From assembly GCA_044345405.1 (NCBI GenBank), contig JBIJBE010000016.1, forward strand, positions 1-64,000: a stretch of DNA of 64,000 nt. The letters run 5' to 3'. Of the stretch, positions 28,095 to 37,485 are shown in pieces (the stretch's first letter is position 1; each line of letters starts with the position of its first letter). The notes beneath the pieces were generated by a model, which saw only the letters and a list, made by a program, of their open reading frames with translations, was not told where the DNA came from and made no database searches. Position numbers and translations under genes: made by a program. The stretch is from Bdellovibrionota bacterium. Lineage in GTDB: Bacteria; Bdellovibrionota_C; UBA2361; OMII01.

Positions 28095-28508
28095 AGGCGA
28101 CTCCCTGAGGAGCTATCGAAGTTCCGTTATGGGGAGAGGTGGGCGCGGGAACGTTCGCGAAGCTAGAATTTCCCACGCCTTAAATTCTGGCCCATACATC
28201 ACTGAAATCTTCCTCTTGGCGAGGAGGAGAGCGTTATGAACCAGGCCGGAGCGCTTCCGACCATACCCGGACCCAGGTATAGGCATTGGAGTTCTCAGGG
28301 GTCTAGATCACGGGTGAGATATTGCTAAGAGCCTAGAATCGCGGGTCTTAGCTGACCTTATTGAAGTGCTGCTTTGGAAAATCAGATTTTGGGAGGCAAA
28401 GCGGGGAGACAGATATCCACCAAGAAGTCGGCCATGGCCTAAAATTCTACGTTAATGCTCGGATATGGGGTAAGCTTCGGCTAACGAGGGTCTCGGGAGT
28501 GAGAGCGC

Positions 28509-29075
28509 ATGAGAATGGCGTTATGGACAGTAGTGGCGGTTGTTTTCGCGCTCACCGGGTGTGAGGGTGGCGGGAGCTGCCCATGGGAGCGCCCCTCGTG
28601 CTGTGACAACAACCTCTTTGGGTGTGGGCCCTTCGATCTTCCGCAGGGCTGCTCGTGTGGAGATTACTTCTCCCGTTCCTTCCAAGGCTTTCCAATTCGC
28701 TCAAAAGTAGCATCAGTTCGGCAAACCCTGAACACCTCGGAAGGGACGTGGCGCGCGTCGCTTACCAAGAGTGGCAGTGGCTGTTCCTATCTTAAACGAC
28801 GGACAACAGCTACCGTGTTGATCCGGGAGCGGAATCAACAGGTCACGATGAAATTCCTCGGACTCGCGACGCTGCGTGGAAATCGAGTTGGCCGAAATGT
28901 ACGCGCCCGTGGGCGAATCTCGGTCCCACTCTCTCGCTGCTCTGCTGATGTTAGTAGTGAAATCTCCCTCTCCAGCCCAACCGCAGGCAACGTCTCCGGT
29001 AAGGTCGATGTGACCTGCGCCACTCAGAATCTCTCGTGCGCCGCTACCTATTCAGGCGCCCTCAAAAAGATGTGA
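28509..29075 (+). CDS. Cys-rich lipoprotein of unknown function
   Basis: Lipobox LTGC, Cys cluster CPWERPSCCDNNLFGCGPFDLPQGCSC, then a beta-rich domain. Confidence 0.7.
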   Translation: MRMALWTVVAVVFALTGCEGGGSCPWERPSCCDNNLFGCGPFDLPQGCSCGDYFSRSFQGFPIRSKVASVRQTLNTSEGTWRASLTKSGSGCSYLKRRTTATVLIRERNQQVTMKFLGLATLRGNRVGRNVRARGRISVPLSRCSADVSSEISLSSPTAGNVSGKVDVTCATQNLSCAATYSGALKKM

Positions 29076-29963
29076 CAGCCCCCTCGGCGCGTCGTGGAGC
29101 TCACCGTCTTCGGTCATAGATATCCAGTAGTTTGGGGTCACGAGCCACGCGGAGTCGTCGACCTTTTCCAGATCAAGGCGGAGCTCGCTGTTGGTATACC
29201 ACCCATACATCTCGACAGCCTCTCGAAGCGTTTCCGCGCATTCTTCGTTGTACGTTCCCGTGCACGGATACGCGAAGACCTCCTGAATGAACTCCACCAG
29301 GAATCCAGTGCGTTGACGAGTAATGCGCGCAAGCTGTCCCGGTTCATCTGAAGCGTACGATAGAGGGACGAGGATACGTCCACCTTCGTTGAGGCTTTCA
29401 AGCCACCGCCTTGGAACGTGGGTGGCTGCCCCGTGGACTATCAAGACGTCTAGGGATCGAGCTTTGAAGGGATAGGTGCTTCCATCGGCGTGGAGGCATG
29501 TGCTGTTTGGATAGCTGGCGAGGTTGCGCTGGCACTGCTTCGCGAGCAAGGGGTTAGCCTCCAACGCAAACACTGAGCCGGTCGGTCCAACTAGGTGCGA
29601 TAGGATTGCGGAGTAGTATCCCAAGCCCGCCCCGATCTGCGCCACCGTCGAGCCGATATCGATCGACGCGCTCTCCATCACGCTCGCCATGTATGATGGA
29701 AGGGCCGTGTTTAACTCTTCCTCTGGGTCGATAGCTACCATTACGTTGTGGTACAGGTGATGAGGTTCCGCTGTGGGAGTTAGTTGATAGGTCTCGGTCA
29801 TCATTCCGGTCGAGAAATGCCACGGGCCTTTCGAAAGGAATAATTCCCGGGGAATGGACGCGAAGGCGGAGATGATACGGGGGTCGGAAACCCCAGAGGC
29901 CCACCGGATCTCTTCGGCGTACCAGCGTCGTAAAGTCTCAAGAGAAAATAAATTCATATACAT
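29052..29963 (-). CDS. pcm: protein-L-isoaspartate O-methyltransferase family protein
   Basis: AFASIPRELFL, QIGAGLGYYSAILSHLVG, HADGS, LNEGGRILVP. Confidence 0.85.
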   Translation of the reverse strand: MYMNLFSLETLRRWYAEEIRWASGVSDPRIISAFASIPRELFLSKGPWHFSTGMMTETYQLTPTAEPHHLYHNVMVAIDPEEELNTALPSYMASVMESASIDIGSTVAQIGAGLGYYSAILSHLVGPTGSVFALEANPLLAKQCQRNLASYPNSTCLHADGSTYPFKARSLDVLIVHGAATHVPRRWLESLNEGGRILVPLSYASDEPGQLARITRQRTGFLVEFIQEVFAYPCTGTYNEECAETLREAVEMYGWYTNSELRLDLEKVDDSAWLVTPNYWISMTEDGELHDAPRGLSHLFEGA

Positions 29964-30080
29964 CCCCGCGATGGAGGGATGTTATGAATTGTCAAAGCTT
30001 TAGTCATGCGGAGGGCGCTAAAGGAGCCCTCGGTTCCACTTAAAGTAGAGAAAAAGCGTGTCAGTCGCGACTTTCACACT

Positions 30081-30782
30081 TTACGTAAGGTCGAACACGA
30101 TGATCTCCGAGGGTTCGCCCGCTCCCTTGATTGTAATCAGCCCCGTCTCTTCGATGGCGACAGCGTCTCCACCCGTTACGGTATCTCCGTTGATGGAGCA
30201 GATTCCTTTAATGACGTGAATCCACGCCCCTCTTCCCTCCTTGAGGTTGTGAGAAATATCTCCCGTGGAGGATAGCGAGGAAACGTACACATGGGAGTCT
30301 TGGTTGATCGGAAGGGCGTTATCTCCCTCTCGCTTGCGACCGGCGACCCGAACGAGTCGATCGACACGATCCGCGAGAGGAAATTCACGCTGCGCGTACG
30401 TCGGCGGTAGCCCATCCGTCTCGGTCTCGATCCAAATCTGTATGAGATGCACCGGGGTGGTCGGCGATGGGTTGAACTCGGAGTGTCGGATGCCGCGACC
30501 GGCGGACATAACCTGCACCTCCCCAGGTCGTAAAACCTCTCCATGCCCAAGGCTATCTTTGTGCTCAAGAGCACCATCGACGACGATGGTGATGATCTCC
30601 ATGTCGCGGTGGCCATGCATTCCGAATCCTTTTCCGGGGGCGATGATGTCATCGTTGATCACCCGTAGGGTGCGAAATCCCATGTTTCGGGGATCGTAGT
30701 AGTCACCGAATGAGAATGAGTGACGACTATAGAGCCATCCTATCTCGGTGAGACCTCGATCGTTAGCTTTTCGGATATACAT
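30081..30782 (-). CDS. pirin family protein (YhhW-like)
   Basis: HSFSFGDYYDP, LRVINDD, GFGMHGHRDMEI, MSAGRGIRHSEFN. Confidence 0.93.
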   Translation of the reverse strand: MYIRKANDRGLTEIGWLYSRHSFSFGDYYDPRNMGFRTLRVINDDIIAPGKGFGMHGHRDMEIITIVVDGALEHKDSLGHGEVLRPGEVQVMSAGRGIRHSEFNPSPTTPVHLIQIWIETETDGLPPTYAQREFPLADRVDRLVRVAGRKREGDNALPINQDSHVYVSSLSSTGDISHNLKEGRGAWIHVIKGICSINGDTVTGGDAVAIEETGLITIKGAGEPSEIIVFDLT

Positions 30783-30861
30783 GAGCACCTCTGGAGATGT
30801 TTCCTCTCAGAGTAAGGTTCGGGGATATGAATTTCAAGTCTAGAGAGACTTGGAAAACTCC

Positions 30862-31878
30862 CTAGTTGAGGCCCCGACGAACCAGCTTCTCAATAGACGG
30901 TTGCATAAGGGCCTCAAGCGCCTTACCGGGCTCACCCGCTCCCGCGTGGAAGCGCAGCCTGTGAAGGAGCACGTACGGCGCCATGTAACGCAGATCATCC
31001 TCAGTGGCGTGAGAGCGGCCATTCGTGAGCGCCCACGCTTTGACGGCGCTCTGTAACATGAGAGCCGCGCGAGTCGAGGCCCCAAATTGAATCATCGGAT
31101 TGCCGCGAGTTGATTGAACGATATCGATAATTGCTTGGCGTAGTGGCTGAGCGATGTGAACCTCCTCGCACACCTTGCGCGCGTCGAGAATGTCACTTCG
31201 CGTGCATACCGGATCGATCGAGATCGAAGCGTCTCTAATAGACGAGTGGTTCTCCAGGATTTCACATTCCGTGGCGCTATCAACGTACGACATCGGAACC
31301 TTGAGAAGGAATCGATCGAGCTGGACCTGGGGGAGGGGATAGGTACCGGCGATATCGAGAGGGTTTTGCGTGCCGAGAACGAAGAAGAGTTGGTCGAGTG
31401 GCCGGGTAACGTTGTCCATCGTGACCTGCTTCTCGGCCATACACTCCAGGAACGCTGCCTGAACCTTCGGACCGGTTCGGTTGATCTCATCCGCGAGTAC
31501 AACGTGAGCGAAGACCGGGCCGTGCATGAAGTGAAACTGTCCAGTCTTGGGATCAAAGATGTTTACGCCGAGCACGTCGCCCGGGAGCATATCTGGTGTG
31601 AACTGAATTCGGCGGAACGGTACGATCGGATCGGACGAGACAGATGGGAACTTATTTCTCCCGGGATCGTCAGCGGCGATAAGTCGTCCCAGGGTCTTCG
31701 AGAGCGTGGTCTTTCCAGAGCCGGGATAGTCCTCAAGCAGCACATGCCCATCGGCGACTAACGCCGCAACCACGAGTCGGATGGTGTCAGAGCGACCTCG
31801 AATTACCTTTTCAAGAGCCGCGCAAAGCTTGAGCACCGTCATGCTCGCTGTGGTGAAGTCTTCAGTTTGGACCGACAT
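30862..31878 (-). CDS. moxR: MoxR family AAA+ ATPase
   Basis: HVLLEDYPGSGKTT, RIQFTPDMLPGDV, LADEINR, TQNP, QLDRFL, GASTRA. Confidence 0.93.
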   Translation of the reverse strand: MSVQTEDFTTASMTVLKLCAALEKVIRGRSDTIRLVVAALVADGHVLLEDYPGSGKTTLSKTLGRLIAADDPGRNKFPSVSSDPIVPFRRIQFTPDMLPGDVLGVNIFDPKTGQFHFMHGPVFAHVVLADEINRTGPKVQAAFLECMAEKQVTMDNVTRPLDQLFFVLGTQNPLDIAGTYPLPQVQLDRFLLKVPMSYVDSATECEILENHSSIRDASISIDPVCTRSDILDARKVCEEVHIAQPLRQAIIDIVQSTRGNPMIQFGASTRAALMLQSAVKAWALTNGRSHATEDDLRYMAPYVLLHRLRFHAGAGEPGKALEALMQPSIEKLVRRGLN

Positions 31879-33817
31879 TTCGTATCTCCTCTCGAAAAAG
31901 AGCATCAGATAATTTGTTTACCACTTCGGGTGAAGCGCTTCCCTCTACAAGTCGATTCTTGCTCGATTGTCCGGGGCATGAAAAGCGGAGCGCGAGCTTC
32001 CCAGGAGTGGTCGGATCGGCTGCGGTAATAGAGCAGAGGTTACCCTTGCCAGAGGCTTCCCGAAAGGGGCCCGCTTCGAGCGCTGACCGCAGCGAATGTG
32101 GGTCGGAGCCAAGGTCGATGGCTACGGGGAGCTGGAAGCCGTAGTTTCGAAGCTGCGGGGCCGCGGTATAGAAGACTCGATAGGCGAGCTCGCGATATCG
32201 GTCAGTGTCCGGAGAGAGGGAGCTCATCCTGCGGAGGGTGGTATGTACCTTGAGGAGGGTGTCGAATCCCTCCCGACTCCGCTGCATGACCGATTCATAC
32301 TTATCGTTCGCCCCTCCCGAAAAGAGCCACGACCGCTCGTTCTCAGCGAGGTACGCGTCATAGAATACCCCAGCGATCGCGCGAGAGTCCTTTGCGCGTT
32401 GCGCCTCCACTCGTCGCGACAGCGCTGAGGTTGAGAGTCCCGCCAGCGCCTCTCCTAATGTGGGATATTCGAGAAGGCTGTCGGTGTTTCTGATGGTTAG
32501 GTCTTCGATGTCGTGAAGATCCTCGATGAGGATCTGTCGAGCGCGTCTCAAGAGCCACCACGCCCTGACTGAGTTAGAGGCGATAGTCTCCTTTTGTGTG
32601 AGCCACTCGCTCCAGCTCTCGGTTTGATAAAAACGCAGGAGATTATTCTGACGAAGGAGCGCTTGAGCAAGCGAGATATTCGCGGCAACCACGAGATCGT
32701 CTTGGTTGGTGCCGATCTTTCCGAACCACTGTGTGCCCTGTAGGGCCGTCTCAAACCGCTTAATCGCCCGATCAACGTTTCCGGTATGGAGGTCGATACG
32801 CCCGCGGGCGAGATTCACGAGCGCCGCGTGCTCCTCGTTGTTACGCAGCGGGAATTGAGCGATGCACCGTTGGAACCCGTCCATCGTGGAGAGCGCCGCG
32901 TCTGTTTTGAGTTGCTCGATATAGAGTAACGTTAAGTTAAGACTTGGAAGAACGTGCTCGCAGCCATCCGGGAGGCTTGTTGCTCGAAGGAATGTTGACT
33001 CGGCCTTCACATCGTCGAAGATCTCCTTGTAGACCTCCCCAGCGTTGTTAAGTGGTGTCGCTGGTTGCCCATCGATGCCTTGAGAAAATTCGTACGCGAT
33101 GGCTTGGCGAAAGATCTCAAGCGACTCCTGCGGCTGATCGTTCATGGAGAGAAGGATGCCGAGCATATTGAGGGTTCGTCCGCTCTCAGCTCCAGCGAGG
33201 AGTCCCTCTCGAGCTGCTTTGATCGCCTCCTGAACTCGACCAAGCTTCATGAGTACCCACGAGCGCGCCCCCGGATACCACTCCGATTGATATCCGTATC
33301 CATGGTAGGCGTCGAGGGCGTCGAGGGCGCCTTGGTAGTTATCGAGGTTCAGCCTGCATTGACTGAGGTAGTAGAGAAGATTGCCGTGCTCCAGTTGAAG
33401 GGTGTGGGAGCTATACGGTGGCTTGCCGTTTTTCTTCTCGAAAAGCTCTTGAGCTCGTTTAATGTATTTAAGCGCGAGCCGGTAGTGTCCTACGTGTACG
33501 AGGTAGTACCCGGAGAGAAGATAGTACGCCTTGTATTCGTTCGGGTCCTTTTGAATGGCTTTGAGAAGCTTCGTACGCGCGTCGAGGGGTCGCTCCGTAG
33601 CGAGTAGGAGCGACGCCTCACGGACCAGCTCTTCCGCGGTCTTATTCTTGTCGTCCGTCGTTGTGATTTCGTCGAAGCCAAAGATATCGAAGGGATCGAA
33701 GGGATCGTCTACCGTTTTATCGGATTGGCGAGTTGGTTGCGCGTCTTGAGCTGTCGCGTTCAACGGCGCGAATAACAGCGCGAGACAACAGAGTGGAGAG
33801 AGGTATCTCGTTACCAT
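31862..33817 (-). CDS. exported tetratricopeptide-repeat protein
   Basis: Signal peptide ending ATA-Q and several TPR-like helical repeats (TLNMLGILL, PLNNAGEVY). Confidence 0.8.
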   Translation of the reverse strand: MVTRYLSPLCCLALLFAPLNATAQDAQPTRQSDKTVDDPFDPFDIFGFDEITTTDDKNKTAEELVREASLLLATERPLDARTKLLKAIQKDPNEYKAYYLLSGYYLVHVGHYRLALKYIKRAQELFEKKNGKPPYSSHTLQLEHGNLLYYLSQCRLNLDNYQGALDALDAYHGYGYQSEWYPGARSWVLMKLGRVQEAIKAAREGLLAGAESGRTLNMLGILLSMNDQPQESLEIFRQAIAYEFSQGIDGQPATPLNNAGEVYKEIFDDVKAESTFLRATSLPDGCEHVLPSLNLTLLYIEQLKTDAALSTMDGFQRCIAQFPLRNNEEHAALVNLARGRIDLHTGNVDRAIKRFETALQGTQWFGKIGTNQDDLVVAANISLAQALLRQNNLLRFYQTESWSEWLTQKETIASNSVRAWWLLRRARQILIEDLHDIEDLTIRNTDSLLEYPTLGEALAGLSTSALSRRVEAQRAKDSRAIAGVFYDAYLAENERSWLFSGGANDKYESVMQRSREGFDTLLKVHTTLRRMSSLSPDTDRYRELAYRVFYTAAPQLRNYGFQLPVAIDLGSDPHSLRSALEAGPFREASGKGNLCSITAADPTTPGKLALRFSCPGQSSKNRLVEGSASPEVVNKLSDALFREEIRNVGPN

Positions 33818-35994
33818 GTACCACCTCCCAACGCGTTTGTAATGGAGGATGGGTTAATCGCCGCGATGATTCGCTTCCAGCGCGGAGCCTGATTGAGATT
33901 CGCGTGAGCGGTCGCGATAGCTTCGATCACCTCCTGCTTGTTGAGGGATGGGTTCGCGGCATACGTGGCGTAGTTCACCAAGTCGGTAAGGGGAACCAGG
34001 ACACGCTCAGGAGAGCGCAGCGAGAATTGTTGCCGGGTCTCTCCGAAGGACCGGCGCACACCCTGGTCGTAGAGGAGCGATGCCACGGAGATGTATCCCC
34101 ATCGCGCTTTGCTTGCCGCGGTTGGCGCAAGGCGCCATCCGTGCCGGAGGGATACCTTTACGAGTATAAGGAAAACGCCCACTCCTAGAGCTCCCCAGAT
34201 GATCAGAGCTTTATTCGGAAGCCACATCGCTTCAGGTTCTTCCATTCCCGGCTCGTTTTTGGTTGTCTCAGAGGGAAGGATCTCTTCCCCTGGTTCAAGG
34301 CTGCCCATCAATTCCTCAAGGAGCTTTGTATCTACCTGCGTGTCAGCATGACTCTCGACTTGATCGGGTTGTATATCGAATGGTACCCATCCCGTTCCCT
34401 GGATGTACGCCTCTGACCACGCGTGTCGGTCGCTCATGCGAAGGAGGATGTGCCCATCTTTCGCTTGGCTCAGATCGGTGAGGTAGCCTGTACCGATTCG
34501 AGCCGGTATCCCGAGCGCCCGAAGCATGTACACCATCGAGTGCGCGAAATGGACGCAGTAGCCACGGTGATCTCCAAAGAGAAACGGAACAACGGGGTCG
34601 TCCTGTGGAGCGACGTTGTGGTTCGGGGTGAGGGTGTAGATGGAGGTGCGAGAGAGGTAGTTAGTAAGCGCGTTAATCTTCTCCACCGGGCTCGTGATCC
34701 CTTTGGTGATCTCTTCCGCTAGGTCCTTGTACCGTTTGTCGCTGTGTTGTTGAAGATAGTGGCTTCGAACCTCCTCTGTCCATCGAGGGTCCCCAACCTC
34801 AAGTTTCGAGAGTGAGGAGAGTGGGAACGCTGGCGCAACTGAGTATGCCCGGTAGGAGGCCTTAAAACGGGAGGGATTTGGGTTTTTAAGTTGGACAATT
34901 GAGAGTGGATAATCGACCGCGAACGCGGAATCGTGATCCGCGAGCGTGTAGATCGATTGAATGAGGGGCGTGCGGGGCGCTAGGTCGGTGTCCTCTTTTC
35001 CAGTGAAGGTGGATTGTGGTGAAACGACCGGTAGATCCGTATCGAAAGCGCGTCCAGCGAACACCATCTCCTTACCACTGAATTGAGAGAGAGCGCTCTC
35101 TCTCAGGTAGAGCATCGGGCTGAACGGATTATCCGAGTAGTCTCCCTCAAGACGGATAAGACCGGCGGGTTGATTAGTACTTCCGAGCGCGGACTGGAAT
35201 GTTAAAGGGCTTACACCGAGATTCTCTCCCATCCCTACGCCGTTCGATACCCGAGCGAGCATCGCCGTGTTGTAGTGCTGATAGAGAGCCGCTTGGATCG
35301 CGTAGACGATCCCAGCGAGCGCGATAACGAGCGCTGTTGAGAAGATGAAGCCACGGCGAGCGCGACTCAGCTGCACATTGGTGCGTTCAGCGCGTGGACG
35401 TACGGCCTGCGAAGCCAAATAGAGGTAGCAAAGCAAGAAACCAAGTAGCGATGATCCCACCACGATAAGCATAGAGAGGTGTGGAATCCCTAGTCGCCAC
35501 GCGAGCGAGGAGATAATCTTTGGTCGATCGAAGTGGTAGTCGCGGTGTCCAGCGAAGACGGCGATCGCCGCCGCGGCGAACACGATAGCTTCGAGAGTTA
35601 CCGCTCCTCGAGCGCGCCAGAATGTCCACGTCGCGCCGGCTGTTAGAAAGAAGGCGATAAGCGCGAGTTGGGCGTGAAGGTAGAGTCGAGAGATGGAGAA
35701 GTACGCGGGAGTAATTCCCGAGAAAATATAGTTAAGCCCGCCGAAGAGAAGAGCGAGCGCGAGAACGGCTACGCCGAACGAGATAACGAAGGCTAGATTC
35801 GTCAGGCGAGTTTGCGCGAGTCGGGATGCTCCGATAACGCCCAGGATGCCGGCGATAGAGAGGAGAATAGGCGATGTTCCGAGGGGCTCCATGGTGTTGA
35901 GGAGCGAAACCGCTAGAACCACTCCAAGAGAACGGAACGCCAGAACCGCGCGGTACCACGGGATGCTTGGGGATGAGAGCCACGTTTTTATCAT
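33811..35994 (-). CDS. membrane protein with a transglutaminase-like domain (TgpA-like)
   Basis: N-terminal multi-TM region. Catalytic GYCVHFA, GIPARIGTGY, HAWSEAY, GWVPFD. ATGA overlap with DUF58. Confidence 0.9.
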   Translation of the reverse strand: MIKTWLSSPSIPWYRAVLAFRSLGVVLAVSLLNTMEPLGTSPILLSIAGILGVIGASRLAQTRLTNLAFVISFGVAVLALALLFGGLNYIFSGITPAYFSISRLYLHAQLALIAFFLTAGATWTFWRARGAVTLEAIVFAAAAIAVFAGHRDYHFDRPKIISSLAWRLGIPHLSMLIVVGSSLLGFLLCYLYLASQAVRPRAERTNVQLSRARRGFIFSTALVIALAGIVYAIQAALYQHYNTAMLARVSNGVGMGENLGVSPLTFQSALGSTNQPAGLIRLEGDYSDNPFSPMLYLRESALSQFSGKEMVFAGRAFDTDLPVVSPQSTFTGKEDTDLAPRTPLIQSIYTLADHDSAFAVDYPLSIVQLKNPNPSRFKASYRAYSVAPAFPLSSLSKLEVGDPRWTEEVRSHYLQQHSDKRYKDLAEEITKGITSPVEKINALTNYLSRTSIYTLTPNHNVAPQDDPVVPFLFGDHRGYCVHFAHSMVYMLRALGIPARIGTGYLTDLSQAKDGHILLRMSDRHAWSEAYIQGTGWVPFDIQPDQVESHADTQVDTKLLEELMGSLEPGEEILPSETTKNEPGMEEPEAMWLPNKALIIWGALGVGVFLILVKVSLRHGWRLAPTAASKARWGYISVASLLYDQGVRRSFGETRQQFSLRSPERVLVPLTDLVNYATYAANPSLNKQEVIEAIATAHANLNQAPRWKRIIAAINPSSITNALGGGTW

Positions 35995-37301
35995 ACGTGG
36001 ACCTCCCATTGGCGCTGCAGACACGAAGCGAGAAACGTTTGATACGATCTGATAGCGTTCTCTGAGCTCGGATCTCGCGTTGGAGTGACAAGCAAACGCG
36101 AGAGCTTATCAAGCTTAGTTGAAGTTCGCATGGTGATAACGCCAGATGGTCGCGAGAGGCAGAAAACAGGGTTGATCCCTTGAACGCTTAACCAGGCGGC
36201 GAGATCCTCAATTTGTTTCGCCTGTCCGGGGACGGCGAGGCGCTCCGCCGAGATGAAGAGAAGAAGCTTGTTCACCTTGAGGCTGGGTGTCAGTTGGCTA
36301 CAGTAATCGAGGAGTCCGGCGGCGTCCTGTTGGAGATGTCCCGCGCTCTCTGGAGTGGCGTCCCACACCGAGTCGATGAGGAGCTCTCGCAAAGCTTCTG
36401 GCGAACAGGCTGCGGAGCGACCGTTCGCCCCTTCGCAGCTCGCGATGATCTCAAGATTGAGACGGGCGAGCGATTCCGCGTACGCGACAACCTGCGCGCA
36501 TGCCATATCCCCTTCCTTCGCGGCTATGGTGAAGATGACAACGAATCCCTCGGGCGTCATTGAAGCCTCAGGGTGTCGAGAGAGAAGTTCTCCTCGTTTA
36601 GCGAACGCCTTCCACACAATCTTCTTAACCCCATCTGAGGGATGGTAGCTCTTAATATCAAAAGGTTCGCCCTGGCGGTTGAAGAGGTCGATCGTCATCT
36701 CGCCGGGGCGTTGTGTTGAGCTGAGTACGGGGAGATTGGAATCATAGGTCGGGACAGGGGCGATCGTGACCGCTGTCTGTTGCGGGATGGTCCAGGAGAA
36801 GCGGGTGAGTCCGGTGACATCACGGAGGGTGCACTCGATGCCACGGATGTCCCATTCACCACGGTGTGGAAAGCTAAGGTCAACGTGCGCGCGACGATCT
36901 CCTTCCGCAAAGCCCGATACGCGAACGAGCGCGGATGAGGCGCCGGATCGTTCGAACACGAGCCGCATGTCGAGGACAAAGAGGGGAAGGATTCTCGCAC
37001 CACGAAGCGCGATGAAAACCCGTACCAGCTCGCCAGAGACCCCTGGTTGCTCTGGGGTGCCGATCGACGCGGAGAGGTAGCGCTTGAGGGCGACACCGTG
37101 CATAACAACCATCGCCGTCGCGATTCCGATGACGATGAGGAGGGCGTAGGTAAGGGAGGCTGAGATGATGTCGGTACTCTTTCGAACGGGACCGAGAAGG
37201 AGATAGAGGAGCAGGAGCAGTGCAGCGACGCTTCGCCCGCTTAGGGGCCCCAGACCTGGTCGTTCTACAAAGCTGTGGATAACTCTCCGAATGTGGTGCA
37301 A
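35991..37301 (-). CDS. DUF58 domain protein (start uncertain)
   Basis: FPHRGEW, GEPFDIKSYHPSDGVKKIVWKAFAKRGELLSR. Two N-terminal TMs. Confidence 0.8.
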   Translation of the reverse strand: MHHIRRVIHSFVERPGLGPLSGRSVAALLLLLYLLLGPVRKSTDIISASLTYALLIVIGIATAMVVMHGVALKRYLSASIGTPEQPGVSGELVRVFIALRGARILPLFVLDMRLVFERSGASSALVRVSGFAEGDRRAHVDLSFPHRGEWDIRGIECTLRDVTGLTRFSWTIPQQTAVTIAPVPTYDSNLPVLSSTQRPGEMTIDLFNRQGEPFDIKSYHPSDGVKKIVWKAFAKRGELLSRHPEASMTPEGFVVIFTIAAKEGDMACAQVVAYAESLARLNLEIIASCEGANGRSAACSPEALRELLIDSVWDATPESAGHLQQDAAGLLDYCSQLTPSLKVNKLLLFISAERLAVPGQAKQIEDLAAWLSVQGINPVFCLSRPSGVITMRTSTKLDKLSRLLVTPTRDPSSENAIRSYQTFLASCLQRQWEVHV

Positions 37302-37393
37302 TATGCCCCGAAGCTTTTCGCTTTTGTCGTTGCGTTTCAAGTTGTTGCGTAGGTTTTCCACAGTTTGGGCGGGCTGTTGATACGTGTTGAAAA
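37274..37393. promoter_or_regulatory. cluster of DnaA-box-like 9-mers
   Basis: TGTGGATAA 37274-37282, TTTTCCACA 37354-37362, TGTTGATAC 37375-37383, TGTTGAAAA 37385-37393. Confidence 0.6.
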
Positions 37394-37485
37394 CCTCAAT
37401 GGGTGTACTAAAGGCAGAGGTGTAGTAGCCTCGCCCACTTACGGAGGAGTGGCTCACAAACTCCCGCCGTCCTGATAAGTTACCA

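Noticed and set aside
37274-37480. Chromosomal replication origin (oriC)
   Set aside because: Only four boxes, no clear AT-rich unwinding element, no origin-linked genes, and no visible GC-skew switch by eye. Kept only as a DnaA-box cluster.
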